This document shows, piece after piece, positions 57,301 to 64,000 of a stretch of 64,000 nucleotides of DNA. The stretch comes from an uncultured Lachnospiraceae bacterium (GTDB lineage Bacteria > Bacillota > Clostridia > Lachnospirales > Lachnospiraceae). Each line of letters starts with the position of its first letter. Position 1 is the first letter of the stretch. The DNA lies in the NCBI GenBank assembly GCA_947625875.1, contig CANQQG010000002.1, positions 15,139 to 79,138 of the forward strand, written 5' to 3'. The notes below the pieces were generated by a model that saw only the letters and a program-made list of their open reading frames with translations, ran no database searches and was not told the origin of the DNA. Made by a program: the position numbers and the translations under genes.

Positions 57301-58785
57301 GGTTTTGACATCCCGTTTGAAACCTTTTTGGGATTTAAGGGGAATAAGGAGCCGGATATCGACTTAAATTTTTCCGGGGACTATCAGAGTAAGGCGCATA
57401 AATATACAGAGGTCATTTTCGGCGCGGGGCAGACATACCGCGCGGGGACGATCGGCACGCTGGCGGATAAGACCGCGTTTGGCTATGTGAAAAAATATTA
57501 TGAAGAGCGCGGCGTCCATAAGCGGAACTGCGAGATTGACCGCATCGTGCAGGGCTGCGTCGGCATCCGCCGGACGACCGGTCAGCATCCGGGCGGCATT
57601 GTCGTGCTGCCGATGGGCGAGGAGATTTATTCGTTCACGCCGATTCAGCGCCCGGCGAACGATATGTCAACCGATATCGTCACGACGCATTTTGAGTACC
57701 ATTCGATCGACCATAACCTGTTAAAGCTGGATATCCTCGGGCATGATGATCCGACGATGATCCGGATGCTGGAAGATCTGACCGGCCTTCACGCGACCGA
57801 GATCCCGCTGGACGATAAAGCGGTGATGTCCCTGTTCCAGGACACCCATGCGCTGCAGATCAAACCTGCGGACATTGGCGGCTGCAAGCTTGGCGCGCTC
57901 GGCATTCCGGAGTTTGGCACAGATTTTGCCATGGGCATGCTGATCGACACGCAGCCGAAGGAATTTTCCGACCTCGTTCGGATCGCGGGGCTCTCCCATG
58001 GAACGGACGTCTGGCTCGGCAATGCGCAGACGCTGATTCAGGAAGGGAAGGCGACGATCTCAACGGCGATCTGTACACGTGACGATATCATGATCTATCT
58101 GATCGGCATGGGGCTGGAAAGCGAGCTTGCGTTTACGATCATGGAATCTGTCCGGAAGGGCAAGGGCTTAAAGCCGGAATGGGAAGAAGAGATGAAAGCG
58201 CATAATGTTCCGGACTGGTATATCTGGTCGTGTAAAAAGATCAAATATATGTTCCCGAAGGCGCATGCGGCGGCATATGTTATGATGGCGTGGCGCATTG
58301 CCTACTGTAAGGTGTTTTATCCGCTTGCCTATTATGCGGCGTTTTTTTCTATCCGCGCGACGGCGTTTAACTATGAGCTGATGTGCCAGGGGCGGGAAAA
58401 GCTGGAGTATTATATCGCGGATTATGAAAAACGCAGGGATTCTTTGAGCAAAAAAGAGCAGGATACGGTTCGGGATATGCGTGTCGTACAGGAGATGTAC
58501 GCGCGCGGGTTTGAATTTTGCCCGGTTGACCTGCAGACGGTTAAGGCGCATCATTTCCAGATCGTGGACGGAAAACTGATGCCGGCGCTCAGTACGATCG
58601 ACGGCATGGGCGATAAAGCGGCGGACGGCGTCGTAGAGGCGATTAAAGACGGGCCGTTTTTGTCCAGGGACGATTTCAGGCAGCGCGCAAAGGTGAGCAA
58701 AGGCGTGGCGGATCTGATGGCAGATCTCGGGATCTTAGGTTCGATACCGGAATCCAACCAGTTATCCATATTTGATTTTGGTTAA
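54397..58785 (+). CDS. polC: DNA polymerase III PolC-type alpha subunit
   Basis: PHP domain ELHCHTKMS, inserted exonuclease (FDLETTG, HNAEFD, HRAVDDA), GSRGSVGSS, PDIDLNF, FPKAHAAAY. Confidence 0.98.
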   Translation: MAKYFFDVFPVLQVNEEMKKILTDMEVQRVVSNRQRTRLRVYLSGERLIHKKNIFQLERNIKTQLFPKQEMTVKIIEKYRLSAQYTPQTLFDIYKDSILEEIRAYSLVLYNIFRCADPEFDEPGHMRLHLEDTFLIKERSEELLEILYKIICDRCGLPVVIEPVFEKKQKEKQKDADDFYLEPEISRAVHTPERQAAPARQRQAETALPKKPERKAYTGRTAYKRSDNPDVFFGRDFEDPVMPIDQIQGEMGEVAVRGKVLRMEVRELRGGEKSLVIISLTDFTDSIIAKIFTRNEQLPALTENIKAGVFLKFKGVTAYDRFDSELTLSSVSGIKKIPDFTEHRMDTSEKKRVELHCHTKMSDMDGISDVGDIIKQAISWGHRALAITDHGAVQAFPAANHAVPPDADFKVIYGMEAYLVDDLKTIVFDAKGQRLDGSFVVFDLETTGLSPNVSRIIEIGAVKVENGKITDRFSHFVNPQTPIPFKIEELTHIRDDMVVNEPTIEVILPQFMEFCRGCSLVAHNAEFDAGFIRKNCEEQGLAFDFTVIDTVALARYLLPHLNRFKLDTVAKDLKISLVNHHRAVDDAECTAEIFLKFIAMLSRRGIEDLDALNEKGKATPEQIMKMPTYHAIILAANDYGRVNLYKLVSKSHLEYFHKRPRVPKSELLKHREGLLLGSACEAGELYQAVLLGRPQTEIARIVNFYDYLEIQPDGNNAFMLRDEKSPVNSVEDLHEINRKIIKLGEDFHKPVVATCDVHFLNPEDEVYRRIIMAGNGFRDADEQAPLYLHTTEEMLKEFAYLGSGKAEEVVITNPNRIADMCEKIAPVRPDKAPPVIENSDQLLRDICYNKAHEMYGENLPDVVQKRLERELTSIISNGYAVMYIIAQKLVWKSNEDGYLVGSRGSVGSSFVATMAGITEVNPLSPHYYCTECHYSDFDSEEVRAYAGRAGCDMPDKLCPQCGRPLVKAGFDIPFETFLGFKGNKEPDIDLNFSGDYQSKAHKYTEVIFGAGQTYRAGTIGTLADKTAFGYVKKYYEERGVHKRNCEIDRIVQGCVGIRRTTGQHPGGIVVLPMGEEIYSFTPIQRPANDMSTDIVTTHFEYHSIDHNLLKLDILGHDDPTMIRMLEDLTGLHATEIPLDDKAVMSLFQDTHALQIKPADIGGCKLGALGIPEFGTDFAMGMLIDTQPKEFSDLVRIAGLSHGTDVWLGNAQTLIQEGKATISTAICTRDDIMIYLIGMGLESELAFTIMESVRKGKGLKPEWEEEMKAHNVPDWYIWSCKKIKYMFPKAHAAAYVMMAWRIAYCKVFYPLAYYAAFFSIRATAFNYELMCQGREKLEYYIADYEKRRDSLSKKEQDTVRDMRVVQEMYARGFEFCPVDLQTVKAHHFQIVDGKLMPALSTIDGMGDKAADGVVEAIKDGPFLSRDDFRQRAKVSKGVADLMADLGILGSIPESNQLSIFDFG

Positions 58786-58791
58786 CATCTC

Positions 58792-58820
58792 TTGCAATCC
58801 GGGGCGAGAAGTAATATTAT
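58792..58820 (+). promoter_or_regulatory. candidate sigmaA promoter of the pheA-ppx-ppk-cof operon
   Basis: TTGCAA, 17 bp, TATTAT. Confidence 0.55.
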
Positions 58821-58851
58821 AAATATAGCTGTTTATCAGTAGAAAATACAG

Positions 58852-60000
58852 GTGGAGAAAGTGAAAGATTTATTAGTTATCAGGGATGAAATCGATCAGG
58901 TTGACAATGAGATCGTCGCCCTGTACCAGAAGCGGATGCAGCTGACGTCGGAAGTTGCGGAATATAAGATCAGGACGAAGAAAAAAGTATTTGACCCGGA
59001 GCGGGAGCGTTCCAAATTAGAGAAGCTGACCGGGCTTGTCTCGGACAGTTTTTCGAAAAACGGGATCAAGGAACTGTTTGAGCATCTCATATCAATCAGC
59101 AAGAAACGGCAGTACCAGCTTCTGACGGAATACGGCGTGGAAGTCCCGAATGATTTCGAGGAAGTAAAGAGTATTGGCGGCGACGGCGCGCGCATTGTAT
59201 TCCAGGGCGTGGAGGGCGCGTACGCGCAGATCGCCATGAACCGCTATTTCGGGGAGACGGCAGACAGTTTCCATGTGGAAAGCTGGCGGGAAGCGATGGA
59301 AGCGATCAAAAGCGGGGAGGCGGATTTTGCCGTCCTTCCGATTGAAAATTCTACAGCCGGAGTCGTTGCGGAGAATTATGACCTGCTCGTCGAGTATGAC
59401 AATTATATCGTCGGCGAGCAGATCATACCGGTGAATCACTGCCTGCTCGGGCTGCCGGACGCGGAGCTGTCGGATATCACAAATGTGTATTCGCATCCGC
59501 AGGCCCTTGCGCAGTGCGACAGCTACCTGCAGGAGCATAAGCAGTGGGACTGCTCGCGGGAAAATAATACGGCGGTCGCCGCCTGCAAAGTTAAAAATTC
59601 GGGCAACCGGTCAAAGGCCGCGATCGCAAGCGAGCTGACGGCGGAATTGTACGGGCTGAAGGTGCTGGCGCGCAATATCCAGACAAACCGCGAAAATTCC
59701 ACGCGCTTTATTATCGTCACAAAGCGCAGGATTTTTCTGGAAGGCGCGTCAAAGATCAGCATCTGCCTGGAGATCCGGCATCAGAGCGGCTCTTTGTACC
59801 ATGCGCTCTCCCATATCATTTATAACGACCTGAATATGACTTTTATCCAGTCGAGGCCGCGCACCGATCAGGAGGGGCGCAACTGGCAGTACCGGTTTTT
59901 TATTGATTTTGAGGGGAATCTGAAACAGAGCGCGGTTTCAAACGCGCTGCGGGGATTACAGGAGGAATGTGAAAGCGTTCGGGTATTGGGAAATTACTGA
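58852..60000 (+). CDS. pheA: bifunctional chorismate mutase/prephenate dehydratase
   Basis: N-terminal CM (RDEIDQVD), LPIENST, YSHPQALAQC, NSTRF, ACT domain. Confidence 0.93.
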   Translation: MEKVKDLLVIRDEIDQVDNEIVALYQKRMQLTSEVAEYKIRTKKKVFDPERERSKLEKLTGLVSDSFSKNGIKELFEHLISISKKRQYQLLTEYGVEVPNDFEEVKSIGGDGARIVFQGVEGAYAQIAMNRYFGETADSFHVESWREAMEAIKSGEADFAVLPIENSTAGVVAENYDLLVEYDNYIVGEQIIPVNHCLLGLPDAELSDITNVYSHPQALAQCDSYLQEHKQWDCSRENNTAVAACKVKNSGNRSKAAIASELTAELYGLKVLARNIQTNRENSTRFIIVTKRRIFLEGASKISICLEIRHQSGSLYHALSHIIYNDLNMTFIQSRPRTDQEGRNWQYRFFIDFEGNLKQSAVSNALRGLQEECESVRVLGNY

Positions 60001-60029
60001 ACACAACAGGAAGAGAAGGAAGGGGTTTT

Positions 60030-61571
60030 ATGGCAGTCACAACATTTGCATCCGTTTACATCGGCTCTTATGAAGTGAGCATGAAGATTTTTGAGCTTTC
60101 AGCGAAAAAGAAGCTGCGCGTCGTCGACCATGTGCGCGCAAGGATCGAGCTTGGGCAGGACGCCTATCAGACCGGGAGTATCGGCTACCGGCTGGTGGAG
60201 GAGCTCTGCGGCACATTGGAGCATTTTCTGAAAATTCTGCAGGGTTATAAGATACAGGAATACCGCGCGTTTGCCGGGCCGGTCATCGGCGATGCGGAAA
60301 ATATGCTTTTTATCATTGACCAGATCAAGATACGGACGGGCCTGGACGTCGGGATTCTCAGCAATTCGGAGCGGCGGTTTCTGACGTACAAGTGCGTTGC
60401 GGCGCAGTCCGGATTTGATAAAATGACAAAGGACAGTGCGGCGGTCATCGACGTTGGCGGCGGCAGCCTGCAGATCACGCTTTTTATCCGCGGGCGCGTC
60501 GTCACGACGCAGCACCTGTCGATCGGCACGATGCGTCTGATCGGCATTTTATCGGGCATGGAGCAGAATATGGCGCGCCTGGAAATGCAGATCAAAGAGC
60601 TGGTGGACAAAGAGCTGTCCGTTTTTATGGCGCAGTATATGCAGCCGGATGAAAAGGTGAAAAATGTGATTTTAATCGGCGATTACATAACGGAGATCAT
60701 GCAGCGCATTTACAAAAACAGGGATGAGGAAAATATTATCGAAGCCAAATCGTTTACCGGGTTTCTGACGCAGCTGGGCGCGCTCGGCCTGGAGCGGATC
60801 TCCGAGGAGCTGAACCTGTCCAATGATAAGGCTGTGCTTGTGCTGCCGTCCATCATCTTATACGATAAGCTTGTGGAGACGATGAAGGCGGAAATGCTCT
60901 GGCTGCCGGGCGTGGATACGGGGGACGGCATCGCCTACGATTATGCGGAGGCCAATAAGATCGTGCGCCCCGCGCATGATTTTAACGAAGATGTGCTGTC
61001 CGCGGCGAAAAATATGTCCAAACGCTACATGAGCTATTCCCAGCATATTGATGCGCTGACGAAGATGGCGACGCTGATCTTTGACGCGATGAAGAAAGTG
61101 CATGGCATGGGGAAGCGGGAACGCCTGCTGCTTGAGGTGGCGGCGATCCTGCATGACTGCGGAAAATACGTCAGCATGGCGGAGAGCGCGGCGTGCGCAT
61201 ATCAGATCATCCGTTCTACGGAGATCATAGGGCTGACGCATTTGGAGCGGGAGATCGTGGCGAGCGTGGTCCTGTATCATTCCACGCCGCTGGATTCTTA
61301 TGAGGAACTGGCAGACCGCATGGACAGCCTGAGTTATATGGCGGTCGCAAAGCTTGCGGCGATCCTGAAGGTTGCAAATGCGATGGACCGGAGCCATAAG
61401 CAGAAGTTTAAAAATGTGAAAGCGGCGATCAAGAATAAAGAGCTGATCATCACGATTGAAACGATGGACGACATCACGCTGGAAAAGGGGCTGCTCGCGA
61501 CGAAAGCGGATATGTTTGAGAAGATATTTGGATTAAAGCCTGTCATCAGGGAAAAGCGCGTATACGCATAG
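60030..61571 (+). CDS. Ppx/GppA-family protein with HD domain, catalytic motifs degenerate
   Basis: ASKHA-fold motifs IGS and DVGGGS, C-terminal LHDCG; directly upstream of ppk1. Confidence 0.85.
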   Translation: MAVTTFASVYIGSYEVSMKIFELSAKKKLRVVDHVRARIELGQDAYQTGSIGYRLVEELCGTLEHFLKILQGYKIQEYRAFAGPVIGDAENMLFIIDQIKIRTGLDVGILSNSERRFLTYKCVAAQSGFDKMTKDSAAVIDVGGGSLQITLFIRGRVVTTQHLSIGTMRLIGILSGMEQNMARLEMQIKELVDKELSVFMAQYMQPDEKVKNVILIGDYITEIMQRIYKNRDEENIIEAKSFTGFLTQLGALGLERISEELNLSNDKAVLVLPSIILYDKLVETMKAEMLWLPGVDTGDGIAYDYAEANKIVRPAHDFNEDVLSAAKNMSKRYMSYSQHIDALTKMATLIFDAMKKVHGMGKRERLLLEVAAILHDCGKYVSMAESAACAYQIIRSTEIIGLTHLEREIVASVVLYHSTPLDSYEELADRMDSLSYMAVAKLAAILKVANAMDRSHKQKFKNVKAAIKNKELIITIETMDDITLEKGLLATKADMFEKIFGLKPVIREKRVYA

Positions 61572-61585
61572 GAGAGGGAAGATTC

Positions 61586-63757
61586 ATGGAAAAAACAACG
61601 TCAGTTTACGGGAGACCGGAATATTTTGAAAATCGGGAGTTGAGCTGGATTAAATTTGACCGCAGGGTATTGAACGAGGCGCGGGATAAGTCGATCCCGC
61701 TGCTGGAGCGGCTGAAATTTATCAGCATTACATCGTCGAATCTGGACGAATTTTATATGGTGCGCGTGGCTTCGCTGCGCGACATGGAACACGCGGGCGT
61801 GAAAAAAGAAGACATTGCGGGCTTAAACGCGACGAAGCAGCTTGCCCGCATTAACGAGGACGTCAGGGAACTGGTCAATCTGCAGTATTCGACGTATAAC
61901 CGTTCCCTGCTGCCGCTGCTCAATCAGGAAAACATTTTTATCGTAGATGAATATGAAAAGCTGACGGGAGCGCAGGCGGCGTTTGTCGATAAATATTTTG
62001 AAAATGAGGTGTATCCGGTATTAACGCCGATGGCGGTCGATTCCGGAAGGCCGTTTCCGCTGATCCGCAATAAATCGCTGAATATCGCGGCGATCATTGA
62101 ATCAAAGGGCGGATTGCTGCAGGAGCATAAAGAAGGGAAAACGGATAAAGTGGCGTTTGCGACGGTGCAGGTGCCGTCCGGCATGGCGAGGCTCGTGCCG
62201 CTGCCGACGGAAAATCCGCAGGAGAAAGCATTTATTTTATTAGAGCAGATTATTGAGAAAAATATTGATAAGCTCTTTTCAAATTATAAAGTGATCTGCG
62301 CCTACCCGTACCGGATCATGCGGAATGCGGATTTTTCCATTGACGAAGACGAGGCGCCGGATTTGTTAAAAGAGATCCAGAAGCAGCTGAAAAAACGGCA
62401 GCGGGGCGAGGTCATCCGTCTGGAAGTGGAAGACGGCATTGATAAAAAGCTGCTTGCGTTTATCAAAGATGAGCTGCATATCGAAAAGAAAGAAGATATT
62501 TTTTATATCAACGGGCCGATTGATTTTACGTTTTTAATGAAGCTGTATGGCCTGGAAGGCTGCGACCATCTGCGCTATGCGCCGCACACGCCGCAGCCGG
62601 TTCCGGAGATCATGCCGGGGGAGGATATTTTTGCGTCTATCAGGAAAGGCGATATCCTGCTGCACCATCCGTACCAGAGCTTTTCGCCGGTCATTCAGCT
62701 GATCCGGCAGGCGGCAAATGACGACGAGACGCTGGCGATCAAGATGACGCTTTACCGCGTCAGCGGCAATTCGCCGATCATTGCGTCATTGGCGCAGGCG
62801 GCGGAAAACGGGAAGCAGGTGTCTGTCCTGGTCGAGTTAAAAGCGCGGTTTGACGAGCAGAACAACATTGAATGGGCAAAAATGCTGGAAAAGGCGGGCT
62901 GCCATGTGATATACGGGATTGTCGGCTTAAAGACGCACAGCAAGATCGCGCTTGTCGTCCGCCGCGAGGAAGAGGGCATCCGGCGTTATGTGCATCTTGG
63001 CACAGGCAATTACAATGATTCGACGGCAAAGCTTTATACGGACTGCGGCATTTTGACCTGTTCCGAGGCAATGGGCGAAGACGCGACGGCAGTGTTTAAT
63101 ATGCTCTCCGGCTATTCCGAGCCGCTGAGCTGGAACCGCCTTGCGGTCGCCCCGCTGTGGCTGCGCAAAAAGTTTATGAAGCTGATCCAGCGGGAGACAA
63201 AATATGCGAGGGAAGGGAAGCAGGCGTTTATCCGGGCAAAGATGAACTCGCTGTGCGATCAGGAGATCATCGAGGCGCTGTATGAGGCTTCATCGGCGGG
63301 TGTGCGCATCCAGCTTCTGGTGCGCGGGATCTGCTGCCTGAAAACGGGCATTAAGGGCGTGAGCGAAAATATCCATGTGCGCTCGATCGTCGGGAATTTC
63401 CTCGAACACAGCCGCATTTTTGATTTCTGCAACGACGGCAATGAAGAGGTATATATGGGCAGCGCGGACTGGATGCCGCGCAACCTTGACCGGCGTGTGG
63501 AGATCGTGTTCCCGGTCGTGGATGCGGAGCTCAAAAAGAAGGCGCTGCATATTCTGGACGTGGAATTTGAAGACAATGTAAAGGCGCATATTTTACAGGC
63601 GGACGGCACGTATGAAAAAATTGACAAGCGCGGCAAGGTGCTGATCAATTCGCAGGAAATCTTCTGCCATGAAGCGGAGCTTGCCATACCAAAGCCGGAG
63701 AAAGTATATCAGGCGCGCGTGTTTGTGCCGGCGGAACCGGTGGATCAGGAGTCATGA
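61586..63757 (+). CDS. ppk1: polyphosphate kinase 1
   Basis: NRELSWIKF, SNLDEFYMVRV, LHHPY, ELKARFDE, KTHSK, FLEHSRI, SADWMPRNL. Confidence 0.97.
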   Translation: MEKTTSVYGRPEYFENRELSWIKFDRRVLNEARDKSIPLLERLKFISITSSNLDEFYMVRVASLRDMEHAGVKKEDIAGLNATKQLARINEDVRELVNLQYSTYNRSLLPLLNQENIFIVDEYEKLTGAQAAFVDKYFENEVYPVLTPMAVDSGRPFPLIRNKSLNIAAIIESKGGLLQEHKEGKTDKVAFATVQVPSGMARLVPLPTENPQEKAFILLEQIIEKNIDKLFSNYKVICAYPYRIMRNADFSIDEDEAPDLLKEIQKQLKKRQRGEVIRLEVEDGIDKKLLAFIKDELHIEKKEDIFYINGPIDFTFLMKLYGLEGCDHLRYAPHTPQPVPEIMPGEDIFASIRKGDILLHHPYQSFSPVIQLIRQAANDDETLAIKMTLYRVSGNSPIIASLAQAAENGKQVSVLVELKARFDEQNNIEWAKMLEKAGCHVIYGIVGLKTHSKIALVVRREEEGIRRYVHLGTGNYNDSTAKLYTDCGILTCSEAMGEDATAVFNMLSGYSEPLSWNRLAVAPLWLRKKFMKLIQRETKYAREGKQAFIRAKMNSLCDQEIIEALYEASSAGVRIQLLVRGICCLKTGIKGVSENIHVRSIVGNFLEHSRIFDFCNDGNEEVYMGSADWMPRNLDRRVEIVFPVVDAELKKKALHILDVEFEDNVKAHILQADGTYEKIDKRGKVLINSQEIFCHEAELAIPKPEKVYQARVFVPAEPVDQES

Positions 63758-64000
63758 TGGGACAGAGGAAAATATTATTTTGCGATCTGGACGGGACATT
63801 ATTGGACGACCGAAAATTAATTGAAAAAACAACCATGCAGGCGGTGGAGGAAATGCTTGCAAAGGGACATCTCTTTGCCGTCTGCACCGGGCGGCCGCTG
63901 ACGAGCGCGCGCAAGGTGGCGGCGCAGTACGGGCTGGATAAAAAAGGCTGCTATATCATCGCCTATAACGGCGGCGCGGTCTATGACCCGGCGGCGGAAA
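63754..64000 (+). CDS. Cof-type HAD-IIB hydrolase (3' end outside window)
   Basis: DLDGTLL, CTGRP, IAYNGG motifs; ATGA overlap with ppk1. Confidence 0.9.
   Translation, partial: MMGQRKILFCDLDGTLLDDRKLIEKTTMQAVEEMLAKGHLFAVCTGRPLTSARKVAAQYGLDKKGCYIIAYNGGAVYDPAAE

Noticed and set aside
54397-58785. Intein or insertion in polC
   Set aside because: Length (~1460 aa) and domain order are normal. The insert in the PHP domain is the standard proofreading exonuclease, and there are no splicing motifs.
165-63914. Many 60-330 aa ORFs antisense to or out of frame with the called genes (e.g. 1905-2576, 6823-7695, 24549-25532, 37993-38766, 40516-41397)
   Set aside because: They lie wholly over well-supported genes, have no RBS or recognisable motifs, and are the expected shadow ORFs of GC-rich coding DNA.

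Overview
64 kb of a Firmicute chromosome, most likely Lachnospiraceae/Clostridia judging from gene order and protein style. Nearly all genes are on the + strand. Order: 3' part of topA, codY, a ~34.5 kb fla/che cluster (flgB to fliA/sigD plus three downstream uncharacterised genes), rpsB-tsf, then a minus-strand pair of a hybrid sensor kinase and an orphan sugar-binding lipoprotein. These are followed by a Na+/Pi cotransporter, a small FliD-like gene with a sigma28-type promoter, a polysaccharide deacetylase and a bactofilin. The window ends with pyrH-frr-uppS-cdsA-dxr-rseP-ispG-polC, pheA, a degenerate ppx-like gene, ppk1 and a truncated Cof-type HAD gene. I found no tRNA, rRNA, CRISPR array, transposase or integrase. 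The strongest leads are: (1) a candidate post-transcriptional module around flgE, made of a TIGR02530 protein with a RelE/DUF4258-like motif, a structured RNA directly behind it, and a shared GATAGAA motif repeated before flhA; (2) an AT-rich ~250-codon segment inside flgE; (3) a stand-alone sigma28-type mini-FliD; (4) a Ppx homologue lacking several catalytic residues, directly upstream of ppk1; (5) a bactofilin with a nested second start. All family assignments come from motif recognition by eye, not from database searches. GC values are hand counts on individual 60-nt lines.
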